From NCBI GenBank assembly GCA_910579335.1, contig CAJTUQ010000003.1:608-64607 (forward strand): a stretch of DNA of 64,000 nucleotides, given 5' to 3'. The notes under the pieces were generated by a model that was given only the letters and a program-made list of their open reading frames with translations, was not told where the DNA came from and searched no databases. This document shows positions 39,768 to 49,833 of this stretch, piece by piece (positions within the stretch are counted from its first letter, which is position 1; each line of letters begins with the position of its first letter). The translations under genes and the position numbers were made by a program. Origin of the DNA: an uncultured Dorea sp. Lineage in GTDB: Bacteria; Bacillota; Clostridia; Lachnospirales; Lachnospiraceae.

Positions 39768-41624
39768 TTAGCTGTATTTTAATCTACGCTTCTCACTCAT
39801 CGGGAGCTCCTGCTCATTTCCAACGAGTTCAATCTTTGTGCCGCATGCGCCCTCGATTAACTCTACGTTTGTAGACTTAACGTTTGGATTCCACTTCTTC
39901 TCAGCAGCCTTAACATCTTCTCCGGCCATAGCTGCTTTCAGCATTGCAAGTGCGCGGATAGCGTCTTCCTGACAAAGTGTGTTGTTACCAAGAATCTCAT
40001 TCTCGATACCTGCTTCAGATTTGTTGTTATCAACCATGTACTGCATGTACTTATTACCAACAACGAGAGCTCCCTGTACTGCACAGTAAGACATACCTAC
40101 CGTCGGAACTCCTCTCATACCAATCTGCTCGATATGGCTTGCGAAATCGATATGGTTGTTTCCGAAACCTTCCGTTGTAACGAAAGCTCCGTCTGCATCC
40201 ATCATCTCTACTGTATGTCCGACACGTCTGGATACATAGAATTTCTCAGCATTGATCTGAGGAGAACCTACAAATACAACGCCGCAAAGGTCAACTTCCT
40301 CATCATGAAGAGCCTCAAGAACAAGCGGCTCTCTCCAGTAATGTCTGGACATCTCTTTTGATGCAGGTCCGATACATGTTAAAGCATGGATACATCCGTC
40401 AAGAACCTCAAGCGGAGATACGCAGACAGGTACGTTTCCTAAGTCTACGTTAGCTCTTGCGCCAAGGATACCAACCGGCTCTACAGGAAGGATGAAGTTA
40501 TCATGCATAGCTCCCTGTCCCATAATCTCTTTCACGATTACAACTTTCTTCTTACCCGGACGACGGATAGACTTCAGCTCCTGAGTATCAACTACAAGGC
40601 TCTCGTCAAGTTTCTTCATAACCTCACGGATCTCCTGCGTGATAATGTCAAATGCTGTATGAGCAGCCATAGGCCCACGGCGCTCCATGTTTGTCTTCTC
40701 CTGGATAACGATGTTACCTTTGATAAAGATTTCGCCTTTATCCGGACATCCCGGACGGCCCCACATAATGTTCTCATCAAGGTATCCTTCAGAAGAACCG
40801 AACTCGCCAATCTGAACTCCGCCTTCATCAACACCTGTCAGCATCATAACAACGCCGTCAAGTACTCTTGTCACACCGCTTCCGAGTTCATCATCACCCT
40901 CTTTTGTAGCGATCGGCTGTACGTCCATAACGGTCTCGGAATATGTGTGATATAATTCAGGAGTGATAATCTCAAGTTTAAAATCTTTAACTAATTCCTG
41001 ATCTGCGATAACGTCTGCTTCAATTCCCTCACGGATAGTAAGCACAGTTCCCTCGATCTTTGTCTCAGGCCCTCTCTTAACTTCTGTAATATTGAAGTGC
41101 TTTCTCGTAAGAGTTCCTACGATTTTCTCTTCTCCAACTGCCGCTGCCGGTGCTGCTGCGTCTGCAGCTACTGCCGCCGCTGCCGGAACTTCTGCTACTG
41201 CTGCGCCGCCGCCAAGTGCTCCCACCGGAATCTGAAGGTCGATATCTTTACCCTCTCCGATGTGGATCTTGAGCACGCCGCCTGCTGCAACCGGTGCTGC
41301 CGCAACCGGTGCTGCCGCTGCCGGCGCCTCCTCTGCAACCTCTTCTTCAACTGCCGGAGCGCTTACGCTCGGAGCCTTTACTCCGTCAAGAACATCTGCC
41401 GTAAGCGGAGCAAGAGAATCACAGGTTTTTGTAAGTTTTGCTCCTAATACTTCCTCGATGGTCAGGCAGCCGTCAAGGTTTAATAATCCTGAATCTACCA
41501 AATCGTCAAAAATTGCCGGATCTTCCAGATTCGCAGGCTCGATTGTAATACCGGCCTCGGCTCTACAACATAAAACCGCAGGATCATGAGCATGTGCTTT
41601 AGCTGTTTCAGCTGTGATAGACAT
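39768..41624 (-). CDS. prdA: D-proline reductase proprotein PrdA (pyruvoyl-forming)
   Basis: MSITAETAKAHAHDPAVLCCR N-terminus, Ala-rich linker, IHALT-CIGPASKE cleavage site. Confidence 0.96.
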   Translation of the reverse strand: MSITAETAKAHAHDPAVLCCRAEAGITIEPANLEDPAIFDDLVDSGLLNLDGCLTIEEVLGAKLTKTCDSLAPLTADVLDGVKAPSVSAPAVEEEVAEEAPAAAAPVAAAPVAAGGVLKIHIGEGKDIDLQIPVGALGGGAAVAEVPAAAAVAADAAAPAAAVGEEKIVGTLTRKHFNITEVKRGPETKIEGTVLTIREGIEADVIADQELVKDFKLEIITPELYHTYSETVMDVQPIATKEGDDELGSGVTRVLDGVVMMLTGVDEGGVQIGEFGSSEGYLDENIMWGRPGCPDKGEIFIKGNIVIQEKTNMERRGPMAAHTAFDIITQEIREVMKKLDESLVVDTQELKSIRRPGKKKVVIVKEIMGQGAMHDNFILPVEPVGILGARANVDLGNVPVCVSPLEVLDGCIHALTCIGPASKEMSRHYWREPLVLEALHDEEVDLCGVVFVGSPQINAEKFYVSRRVGHTVEMMDADGAFVTTEGFGNNHIDFASHIEQIGMRGVPTVGMSYCAVQGALVVGNKYMQYMVDNNKSEAGIENEILGNNTLCQEDAIRALAMLKAAMAGEDVKAAEKKWNPNVKSTNVELIEGACGTKIELVGNEQELPMSEKRRLKYS

Positions 41625-41794
41625 ATTGTTTTCCCTCCTTGTTTGGATTTCTTAAACAGCCCTTATGGACTGCAAAAATTATTATATATACAATTGTCTC
41701 CGGCACATAAGGAACCTCTCGCCTTATGAAACGGATGAAAGAATCGGGGGTCTTCCTCCATTGCCGCAAACAACAGTAATACCTCTGCTATATA

Positions 41795-43210
41795 TTAAAA
41801 GTCAATATCCTGGCTTACCTGCTTGGAAACCTTGAGCGTCCTGTAGAGTGCATGGCCTACGGAGCGCATAACGTGGTCCGTCTGATGGAATACTTTAAGT
41901 CCCATCTTCGGTCCTGACGCCATAACAGTGTTGGAACAGTCAGAGCAGTTTCCGATAATGATATATTCGCACTTGTCCTTCTTAAACTGCATGTTGTTCT
42001 TAACCTGTCCCGGACAATTTCCAGGCCTTAAGCATTTAAGCGGCGCACCCGGTTTATTTTCGATTGCCTGCTTACATCTTGCAACAGAAACGACCTTTCC
42101 GTTCATCTTCTCGCAAATCTCACGCATACGCTCCTCATTTCCTCCGCATGCACAGACAAGAAGACCTACATTCGCCCCGTGAAGATCCGGAAATTCAACC
42201 GTCACAAGGATTCCGCCCGTCGTCTTTGTAATCGGAGCGTCAAAGTCCGTAGACTTTCCTGTAAACGCGCCGCCCATAACGATTTCACCGTATTCTCCGT
42301 CGATTCCGCCGGCTCTTTCAATCAATTCCCCAACGCTGGTTCCAACCGGAACATCCATGAAAACGTGTGCGCCGTTTCCGCCGTTGAGTTTGCCGCGTAC
42401 CGTCAGATTCTTCGTAATACAAGGCTTCTTCTCATCAATTGCTTCCGCAATCTTTGCTGCGGTCTCAAGATTGACAACCACCGACTTCGCTGCAGACGGA
42501 AGCTGCATCGTCGTAAGGTTCACGCCGAGACACTCTCTTACTACCGCACGCTCCTCTCCCATCGGATAGATATCCGGAAGGAGGTGCATAGAAATCGCCG
42601 GCTCGCTCTCCAGCGCTTTCTGCAGCGTTTTGACAGCTTTCTGGTTTTTCTTCTTAATAGCAAAGATAGCCTTGTCTGCATTGGTAATCTCCATACAATA
42701 CTTCACACCGCGTATTACCTTGTCGCACTGCTCCTCAATCTGCCTGATATTATGTTCTAATCCCGGCTCGCATTCAGCCGCATTAATAAGGATGTATCCA
42801 TTTTCACAGTCTAACTTAAAGTCCGCCGGCAGTTCCGGGTTGATTTCCGGGTCAAGCTCGCCCATCGGCGTCTCGGCCAGATTGATATTAAGCTTAATTC
42901 CTGTCGGGAATCCGGCACCCCCAAGTCCTACGACTCCTGCCGCTTTCACCATGTCAAGCTTGCTTGCGTCCTCCGGCACGTCAATCGGAACGAACTCGTC
43001 CGGCTGCTCCTCGGAAGGCTCAATAATGATCCGGTCGTCCGTAACCTCTGTTACTTTTCCGTACACACTGGAAAAAATGTTAGCGCCAAGTCCCGTAGGT
43101 GTCGCAATCAAAGTGCCCTTTTTCACTTCGTCGCCGGCCTTAACGATTGCCGCACATGGTGCCCCAACATGCTGACGTAATAACATCTGTACATTTCCCA
43201 TGTTAAACAT
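41795..43210 (-). CDS. prdC: Proline reductase electron transfer protein PrdC (RnfC-like)
   Basis: LRQHVGAP, GLGGAGFPT, NAAECEP, YPMGEE; C-terminal CACGG, GNCPGQ, NCSDCSN. Confidence 0.93.
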   Translation of the reverse strand: MFNMGNVQMLLRQHVGAPCAAIVKAGDEVKKGTLIATPTGLGANIFSSVYGKVTEVTDDRIIIEPSEEQPDEFVPIDVPEDASKLDMVKAAGVVGLGGAGFPTGIKLNINLAETPMGELDPEINPELPADFKLDCENGYILINAAECEPGLEHNIRQIEEQCDKVIRGVKYCMEITNADKAIFAIKKKNQKAVKTLQKALESEPAISMHLLPDIYPMGEERAVVRECLGVNLTTMQLPSAAKSVVVNLETAAKIAEAIDEKKPCITKNLTVRGKLNGGNGAHVFMDVPVGTSVGELIERAGGIDGEYGEIVMGGAFTGKSTDFDAPITKTTGGILVTVEFPDLHGANVGLLVCACGGNEERMREICEKMNGKVVSVARCKQAIENKPGAPLKCLRPGNCPGQVKNNMQFKKDKCEYIIIGNCSDCSNTVMASGPKMGLKVFHQTDHVMRSVGHALYRTLKVSKQVSQDIDF

Positions 43211-43358
43211 CTCCTTTTCTTTTTCTTTTTTATTAGTAAAAAACGAAGCTATCTGTCCGTTTCATTACCTCTCGGCATACATCCTGAAAACATCCCCGAC
43301 GGTTTTAATATTCCCCAAAAGCATCTTTTCATTTATTAATTATATCTATAATAAAATT

Positions 43359-43376
43359 CTGTCAATTTCTTAACAG
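43359..43376. promoter_or_regulatory. Candidate Rex operator overlapping a TTGACA -35 upstream of prdC
   Basis: CTGTCAA-TTTC-TTAACAG vs clostridial Rex consensus TTGTTAA-N4-TTAACAA (15 of 18 compatible). Confidence 0.5.
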
Positions 43377-43402
43377 TAAAAACCGCTTAAAAATGCACTT
43401 TT

Positions 43403-43500
43403 TGGCGAGGGCATGTGGGAATCGAACCCACCCGGGACGCTCCTAACGCCCCACACTGGTTTTGAAGACCAGGAGGCACACCAGTCACCCATCTACCCCC
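43403..43500 (-). tRNA. selC: tRNA-Sec (anticodon UCA)
   Basis: 98 nt; anticodon arm CUGGU-CUUCAAA-ACCAG, long variable arm, T arm GUGGG-UUCGAUU-CCCAC, encoded GCCA end. Confidence 0.96.
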
Positions 43501-43524
43501 ATATTCTGTTGTCCATTCGTGTTA

Positions 43525-43553
43525 ACCATACCATATTCCACACTATATTTCAA
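43525..43553 (-). promoter_or_regulatory. Promoter of selC
   Basis: TTGAAA-17-TATGGT with extended -10 TG. Confidence 0.55.
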
Positions 43554-43588
43554 CAGTTTTTAATTATTTTTATAATATCAAAAAAGCG

Positions 43589-43617
43589 TTGACTTTTCAA
43601 GGTTTTTCCTACATAAT
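43589..43617 (+). promoter_or_regulatory. Promoter of prdF
   Basis: TTGACT-17-CATAAT. Confidence 0.65.
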
Positions 43618-43755
43618 AGTAACAAAGGATTGAACCGTGTACTAGAACGCAGTCTATTTGTTATTTTTCTGTCATGCAGACAGTCGCCGCATGACATATT
43701 TAAAGGAAAAAGACTCGGCATCACATCATCCATGCCGAGTTTTTATAAAGAAACT

Positions 43756-43770
43756 ATAGATTTTATCTAT
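43756..43770. promoter_or_regulatory. ATAGA-N5-TCTAT box (candidate LysR site) upstream of prdF
   Basis: ATAGA-TTTTA-TCTAT; same arms at 53244 and 54060. Confidence 0.6.
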
Positions 43771-43796
43771 GAGTATGTTTAAAGGAGGTAATTATT

Positions 43797-44831
43797 ATGG
43801 AGTTGAAAGCTAATGTAAACTTCGACCGGTTTGAGAGCGCTCTTCAGGTAGTGGATTCTCATACCGTCGGTGAGTTCTGCCGTATCGTTATCGGCGGATT
43901 CCCGGAGCCGGAAGGCAGCACGATGATTGAGAAAAAGAAATGGATGGAAGATAATTACGACCATGTTCGTACCGCCCTCATGTTTGAGCCAAGAGGACAT
44001 CACGATATGTTCGGCGCATTCCTCTGCAAGCCGGTAAATCCGGAAGCTCAGTTCGGCGTTATGTTTATGGACACGGGCGGATACCTGAACATGTGCGGCC
44101 ACTGTACGATCGGCGCGGTTACCGTAGCTGTTGAGGCGGGGCTTGTAGACGCTAAAGAAGGGGAAAACGAAGTTGTCTTGGAAGCTCCTGCCGGACTCAT
44201 CCGCACAAAGGCCGTTGTAAAGGACGGCAAGGTTGAGAACGTTACTTTAACAAACGTTCCGTCTTTCGTTTACAAAGAAAACCAGAAGGTTACCATCGAC
44301 GGAAAAGAGATTGAATTTACGATTTCCTTCGGCGGAAGCTTTTTCGCACTTGTTGACACGACCAAGCTTGACATCGGTGAAATCAATGCAAAATCCGTTC
44401 CGGCATATGCTGACCTGGGCATGAAGATGTTGGAAATCATCAACAAAGAAATTCCGGTTCAGCATCCGGAGCTTGATATCACAAGCGTTGACCTTGTTGA
44501 GTTCTACGGCCCGACTCCGAATCCGGAAAAAGCCAATATGAGAAACGTAGTTATCTTCGGCGAGCACATGGCTGACCGTTCACCGTGCGGAACCGGAACA
44601 AGCGCTAAGCTTGCCACGCTCCATCACTGGGGAGAAATCGGCGTAGGCGAGGAGTTTATCTACGAAAGCTTTATGGGAAGCTTATTCAAAGGCGTAATTA
44701 AGGAAACAACCAAAGTCGGCGACTTTGACGCTGTTATTCCGATGATTACAGGAAGCTGCTATCTGACAGGTGTTGCAACTTACTTAATCGACCCGACAGA
44801 CCCATTGAAATATGGTTTCCAGGTAGGCTAA
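43797..44831 (+). CDS. prdF: Proline racemase
   Basis: Both catalytic Cys motifs, MCGH and DRSPCGTGT; located in the prd locus. Confidence 0.94.
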   Translation: MELKANVNFDRFESALQVVDSHTVGEFCRIVIGGFPEPEGSTMIEKKKWMEDNYDHVRTALMFEPRGHHDMFGAFLCKPVNPEAQFGVMFMDTGGYLNMCGHCTIGAVTVAVEAGLVDAKEGENEVVLEAPAGLIRTKAVVKDGKVENVTLTNVPSFVYKENQKVTIDGKEIEFTISFGGSFFALVDTTKLDIGEINAKSVPAYADLGMKMLEIINKEIPVQHPELDITSVDLVEFYGPTPNPEKANMRNVVIFGEHMADRSPCGTGTSAKLATLHHWGEIGVGEEFIYESFMGSLFKGVIKETTKVGDFDAVIPMITGSCYLTGVATYLIDPTDPLKYGFQVG

Positions 44832-44865
44832 TATCTGCGGACACCGGTTAGTCTAGAAAGAATTG

Positions 44866-44900
44866 CAGAAGCGGATTAGAAACAATCCGCTTCTCTTTTT
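44866..44900 (+). terminator. Intrinsic terminator after prdF
   Basis: AGAAGCGGATT-N6-AATCCGCTTCT plus U run. Confidence 0.8.
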
Positions 44901-44930
44901 ATAAATATTCAGAAAGGAATGGTATATTCG

Positions 44931-45518
44931 ATGCCGAGGAAAAGACAATCTACAAAAACCCGCATCGTGAAAGCCGCATGGAATCTGTTTTATAAAAATG
45001 GTTATGACCACACTACGATAGAGGACATTATTGCTGCCTCCAAGACTTCCAAGGGAACGTTTTATCATTATTTCAAGGGCAAGGAGGCTCTTCTCAACAG
45101 CCTGTCCTATCTGTTTGACGAAAAATATGAAGAGCTATACAACACGGTTGACGCCGATCTGTCCAGCTATGATAAGCTGCTGTTTTTAAACCGCGAGTTG
45201 TTCCTCATGATTGAAGAAAGCGTTGACATCAGTCTTCTGGCTTATCTTTATTCTTCGCAGCTGACTACGAAGGATAAAAAATCTTTGTCGGACAAAAAGC
45301 GATTTTATTTCAAATGGATTACTGAGATTATAACTGATGGTTTAGAGCGAGGTGAGTTCAGGAATACGAGCACTGCCGAAGAATTAATGAACATTTATGC
45401 CATGTATGAGCGGGCGCTCCTATATGACTGGGCATTATTTAAAGGCAGATATTCTCTGTCCGAATACAGTAACAAGCTGCTTCCGCACGTATTAGATACT
45501 TTTATCGAAGGAGTATAG
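44931..45518 (+). CDS. TetR/AcrR family transcriptional regulator
   Basis: HTH GYDHTTIEDIIAASKTSKGTFYHYFKGKE; start at 44931 or 44919. Confidence 0.92.
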   Translation: MPRKRQSTKTRIVKAAWNLFYKNGYDHTTIEDIIAASKTSKGTFYHYFKGKEALLNSLSYLFDEKYEELYNTVDADLSSYDKLLFLNRELFLMIEESVDISLLAYLYSSQLTTKDKKSLSDKKRFYFKWITEIITDGLERGEFRNTSTAEELMNIYAMYERALLYDWALFKGRYSLSEYSNKLLPHVLDTFIEGV

Positions 45519-45541
45519 TTATGAAAATTTCTGATGGACCC

Positions 45542-45595
45542 GGAAAGGGTACTTTCATCCGGCAGGTTATCCGCCGAATCAAAGTACCCTTTTCC
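45542..45595. terminator. Hairpin between the convergent tetR gene and sel operon
   Basis: GGAAAGGGTACTTT..AAAGTACCCTTTTCC. Confidence 0.65.
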
Positions 45596-45601
45596 TGTTG
45601 T

Positions 45602-45838
45602 TTACACCATGCATTCATGGATTTCTTCTTCTTCAATTCCTGTTTTTTTCATCATCGACACAATTCTCTCCCTGTCCGAGAGCCCGGCGCACCACGCCAA
45701 GCCGCATCCGGCAGATATTGCCCGCGGAACCGGTATGATTCTTCCTGGAACTTCCTGCTCTTTACACGCTTTTTCCATCGCCATTGCATCCGCCGTCGTA
45801 TGAAATGTCACTACAAGCTTTCTCTCTTTTTTCTTCAT
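45602..45838 (-). CDS. DUF3343-like small protein (putative Se/S carrier)
   Basis: TFHTTADAM..IIPVPRAISAGCGLA motif; 78 aa. Confidence 0.85.
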   Translation of the reverse strand: MKKKERKLVVTFHTTADAMAMEKACKEQEVPGRIIPVPRAISAGCGLAWCAGLSDRERIVSMMKKTGIEEEEIHECMV

Positions 45839-45841
45839 ATA

Positions 45842-46984
45842 CTATTCATCCTCCTGGGCAAGCTCCCGGATAGCGCGGATTGCCGTCTCCACTTCCTCAT
45901 CCGTATTATAATGGCAGAAGCTGAACCGCACGGCCCCCTGCTCTACCGTTCCAAGCGCCTCATGCATAAGCGGAGCACAATGGCCTCCCGGCCTTGTAGA
46001 GATTCCATAGTCTGTCAGAAGAGCGTCGCTCACCTCGCCGGAATCATACCCGCCGATATTGAGCGCAACAATCGGACAACGCTCTTTCGCGGAAAAATCA
46101 CCATACACCGTAATCCCCGGTATCCCCTTCACGCCTTCATAAAACTTCCACATCAAATCCTGCTCTCTGGCCCGGATTTTATCTATCCCGGTTTCCAGCA
46201 GATATCCAAGTGCAGCGTGAAGCCCTGCAATACCGTGTCCGTTCAGCGTTCCCGCCTCCAGGCATGTCGGCATCTCCTTCGGCTGCGACTTATTATAAGT
46301 CTGCACGCCCGTACCGCCGCACTTTAACGGACGTATGGCAATACCTTCCCTGACATACAGGCCGCCCGTACCCTGAGGCCCCAAAAGCCCTTTATGTCCC
46401 GTAAAGCAAAGCACATCTATATTCATCCGCTCTATGTCAATAGGAAATACTCCGGCAGTCTGCGAAGCATCCACGACAAACAATATGCCGCGTGCTCTTG
46501 CAATCCTCCCGACGGCCTCCACATCCACATAATTTCCAGTCAGATTTGAGCCGTTCGTACATACAATCATCTTCGTATCACTGCTAACCGCCTCTTCGAT
46601 TCTGGAAACATCAAGCCTTCCCTGCCTATCGCTCTCTACGATTGTCAGCCTTACCCCCTGTCTTTCCATCTCATACAATGGACGCAGGACAGAGTTATGC
46701 TCTAACATGGTCGTTATCACATGATCCCCCGGCTCCAAAAGCCCCTTAATCGCTATATTCAGGCTTTCCGTGGAATTACATGTAAATGCGATCTGCTTCG
46801 GAGACGCTCCCCCGAAAAGACGGCACAGTCTCTCCCTTGTATCATAAATCAGCCTCGAAGCGCTTAATGACGCCTCATTTGCTCCCCGTCCCGCATTGCC
46901 CATAGATGACATGGCACCGACAACCGCATCAATCACGCACTGCGGCTTATGCATCGTCGTCGCCGCATTATCCAGATATATCAT
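45842..46984 (-). CDS. Cysteine desulfurase / selenocysteine lyase family (class V PLP enzyme)
   Basis: MIYLDNAATT, TGHK (PLP Lys), RPGGHCAP (catalytic Cys, group II type). Confidence 0.9.
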   Translation of the reverse strand: MIYLDNAATTMHKPQCVIDAVVGAMSSMGNAGRGANEASLSASRLIYDTRERLCRLFGGASPKQIAFTCNSTESLNIAIKGLLEPGDHVITTMLEHNSVLRPLYEMERQGVRLTIVESDRQGRLDVSRIEEAVSSDTKMIVCTNGSNLTGNYVDVEAVGRIARARGILFVVDASQTAGVFPIDIERMNIDVLCFTGHKGLLGPQGTGGLYVREGIAIRPLKCGGTGVQTYNKSQPKEMPTCLEAGTLNGHGIAGLHAALGYLLETGIDKIRAREQDLMWKFYEGVKGIPGITVYGDFSAKERCPIVALNIGGYDSGEVSDALLTDYGISTRPGGHCAPLMHEALGTVEQGAVRFSFCHYNTDEEVETAIRAIRELAQEDE

Positions 46985-47014
46985 ATGTTTTACCCCCAAT
47001 ATTGTTTTTGCGCC

Positions 47015-47920
47015 TTAACCGTAAATTTCCTTGATAACTTTAATAAAACGTTCTACATTTGCCGTCAGAGGAGTATTTTTATTGTAGACAAAATTTATAT
47101 CCCGTCCTGCATCCGCTCCAGGAATGGGAAATGCTAAGATGTGCCCTTCCCGCACTTCCTCTTCGGCCGCCAGCTGTGACAATATAGAAACACCCATTCC
47201 CTGACGCACGGAGCGCTTAATCGTTTCCTGATTTTCAATACTTGCGATTACATCCAGCGCCCCCATTTCAATTCCTGCCCTGCGAAGCTGCTTCTGCGCC
47301 TCCTTGCGCGTGCCGGAGCCCTCCTCCCGCAATATGACATGTTCTTCTTCAAGCCACGAAATACCGCCTCCTCCTTCTTTTCGCAAAGTCTGGTAACGGT
47401 CTGTATTCGGCGTGATAATTACCAGCTTGTCTTTGTAAAAAGGAATATACCTGCAGTATTTTTTTTCCAGCACGGTTCCTGTAAATCCCACATCCGCCAT
47501 GCCGTCCACAATCTGCGACACCACCTCGCTGCTGTCGGTCTCCACCAGCTTAAACTGCTCTTCCGGATACCGTCTCTTAAATACCATCAGCACATCCGGG
47601 AGCAGATACTGCGCCGGTATGGTAGACGCCGCAATCGTAATACAATGGTTTGCGGAATCCCTTCCCCGTATATTAAAATGCTCCGCAATCTGACATTCCA
47701 ATTCGAACATCTGTCTCGCATATTTATACAAATCCTGCCCTGCTTCGGACATCGTCACTTCCTTCGTGTTGCGGATAAACAGCCGGACCTTGAGTTCCTT
47801 CTCAAGCGCCGAAATATGTGCGCTGACTGTCGGCTGTGTCAGATACAATTCCTTTGCGGCCTTTGAAAAGCTTCCGGTCTCAACTACCTTCACAAAAGCC
47901 TCCAATTGTTTCAAATTCAT
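47015..47920 (-). CDS. Selenium-metabolism-associated LysR family regulator
   Basis: HTH SFSKAAKELYLTQPTVSAHISALE; AASTIP and LREEGSGTR motifs; start overlaps the selB stop. Confidence 0.9.
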   Translation of the reverse strand: MNLKQLEAFVKVVETGSFSKAAKELYLTQPTVSAHISALEKELKVRLFIRNTKEVTMSEAGQDLYKYARQMFELECQIAEHFNIRGRDSANHCITIAASTIPAQYLLPDVLMVFKRRYPEEQFKLVETDSSEVVSQIVDGMADVGFTGTVLEKKYCRYIPFYKDKLVIITPNTDRYQTLRKEGGGGISWLEEEHVILREEGSGTRKEAQKQLRRAGIEMGALDVIASIENQETIKRSVRQGMGVSILSQLAAEEEVREGHILAFPIPGADAGRDINFVYNKNTPLTANVERFIKVIKEIYG

Positions 47921-49833
47921 CTGTATGCTACCCTTTCGCTTTCTCCGCCCGTCTTTTTCGTCACCTTAATACTGTCCATATATTCCAGAATCGGCTTTGC
48001 GCTTTTACGGCTCGTGGAAAACAAATCCCGCACTTTTGCAATGGTAATTACCGGATTTTGGGCAAGCTTTTCTAAAATCACTCTTTTTGCCTCCTCCATA
48101 TAGCTTTTAAGCGTATACATGTCTTCCGCAACCTTCACTGCCTTTTCTTCCTGAAGCAGTATGTTCAGTATATCATCCTGTATCTCCCGTGAGACACTTT
48201 TACAATCAATCTCTGAGTAACGCACAAAATCAAAGCGGCTTTTTTCAAATGTATCAAGAAGCATTCCTGATATCTTGTTATATGTTTCATCCCTGCGTAT
48301 CTTATATCCGGCCGTGCACAAAAATTCATCTGTTTTCTGAACATGCCCATCCTCCGCCATCATTTCTATCATGCGGTCGAACACATTGGGCTTCATTTTC
48401 GAAAAATACGCTGCCTGCACCTCCGCCTTCTTCATACCGAAGCGGTACGGATATCTTTTTTCGTATGACGATAAGGCGCCGCAAATCACTTTCTGCGCCT
48501 CCTCCGCCGCTTCCGCATGCCAAACATAAGTGTCCTTGCGCATTACAAACGCAAGAACCTTCCCCTGCCCCTCAAGTTCCTTCACATCGTCTCTTACTTC
48601 CTCAGGAGACAGCGCCGTAAGCCTGGCAAGCTCCGACACCGTAATCATCGTCTCCCTGTGCCCTTTCACGTGAAGTTCAATGACATCCGCGCTGGAACCG
48701 GACTCTTTTCTCTGCAGCTCTTCTATAACATCCTCGCGGAAACGTTTTTTGATAACAGGGTTCGGCTCTAAAATAACGCCGCCCCCAATCGTCTCCATCG
48801 GAGAATAAAACCTTACAATAAACTTATCGCCCCTGCGCACCGCAATGCTCTCCTCCAGACGAAGCTGCACAAGCCCGCTCTCGCCGGGCCCGATCTCATC
48901 CTTGTCGAGAAGAACCGCACGGCAGAGTATCTCGCTCGTCCCGGTAAAAAAATGCAGCCTTGTATGGTTTGTCAGCACACGCATGGAACCCTCCAGCACA
49001 TTCAGGCGCACGTCCAGAAGGTCCGCCGTCTTCATGCTTCCGCAAGAAGCAAGAACGCACCCTCTCTGTATCTCTCTCTTCTTAATATTTGACAGATTAA
49101 TCGCTACGCGCTGACCGGCATAGCACTCTGTTTTATCCTCTCCGTGTACCTGTATGCTCCGTATCTTGCTTTCCTTCCCAATCGGATACATCTCCAGCGT
49201 ATCCTCTTTGCGGATCGTGCCGGAGACAAGGGTACCGGTAATGACGGTCCCAAAGCCCGGAAGGGAAAACGCCCTGTCAATGGGCAGGCGCGGAATCGTA
49301 TGAATGTCTTTTTGCACCAGTTCGTCACTTGTCATATGGACAATCAATTCCACAAGGCCGCCAAGCCCCTCCCCCGTAGCAGCGGAAACCCTGGCAACCG
49401 GCGCTTTTTCAAGAAATGTGCCCTCAAGCTCCTCCTTAATCTCCTCCTCCACAAGCTCAAGCCATTCCTCATCCACAAGGTCGCATTTATTCAGCACGAC
49501 AATACTTTTTTCAATTCCCAAAAGATGCAGGATATCCACATGCTCCCTTGTCTGCGGCATAATACCTTCATCCGCTGCAACGACAAGAAGCACCAAGTCC
49601 ATTCCCACAACACCGGCAACCATATTGTTAATAAATTTCTCATGTCCCGGAACATCGATAATGCCCGCCCGATCTCCGCCCGGCAGATCAAAATAAGTGA
49701 ATCCTAAATCAATCGTAATCCCCCTTCTTTGCTCCTCCTCCCAGCGGTCGGTATTTCTGCCGGTCAAGGCCTTAATCAGAGTGGTCTTTCCGTGGTCGAT
49801 ATGTCCTGCCGTTCCTATAATTATATTTTTCAT
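47917..49833 (-). CDS. selB: Selenocysteine-specific elongation factor
   Basis: [27 protein letters not shown]-terminal winged helix [13 protein letters not shown]. Confidence 0.97.
   Translation of the reverse strand: MKNIIIGTAGHIDHGKTTLIKALTGRNTDRWEEEQRRGITIDLGFTYFDLPGGDRAGIIDVPGHEKFINNMVAGVVGMDLVLLVVAADEGIMPQTREHVDILHLLGIEKSIVVLNKCDLVDEEWLELVEEEIKEELEGTFLEKAPVARVSAATGEGLGGLVELIVHMTSDELVQKDIHTIPRLPIDRAFSLPGFGTVITGTLVSGTIRKEDTLEMYPIGKESKIRSIQVHGEDKTECYAGQRVAINLSNIKKREIQRGCVLASCGSMKTADLLDVRLNVLEGSMRVLTNHTRLHFFTGTSEILCRAVLLDKDEIGPGESGLVQLRLEESIAVRRGDKFIVRFYSPMETIGGGVILEPNPVIKKRFREDVIEELQRKESGSSADVIELHVKGHRETMITVSELARLTALSPEEVRDDVKELEGQGKVLAFVMRKDTYVWHAEAAEEAQKVICGALSSYEKRYPYRFGMKKAEVQAAYFSKMKPNVFDRMIEMMAEDGHVQKTDEFLCTAGYKIRRDETYNKISGMLLDTFEKSRFDFVRYSEIDCKSVSREIQDDILNILLQEEKAVKVAEDMYTLKSYMEEAKRVILEKLAQNPVITIAKVRDLFSTSRKSAKPILEYMDSIKVTKKTGGESERVAYR

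Noticed and set aside
41140..41380. GC-rich quasi-repeats inside prdA
   Set aside because: They encode the Ala/Pro/Val-rich linker of PrdA; low-complexity coding sequence.
41726..43265. 10-bp inverted match (ATGAAACGGA/TCCGTTTCAT) flanking prdC as an invertible or mobile cassette
   Set aside because: Too short, no recombinase or target duplication, and neighbouring matches are not collinear.
43211..43330. Glycine riboswitch in the prdC leader
   Set aside because: Fragments resembling UUUCAGG, GCCGA and GGACAGA occur in the wrong order and the aptamer stems cannot be built.
43624..43796. T-box upstream of prdF
   Set aside because: No GGTGGNACC T-box sequence or stem I motifs.
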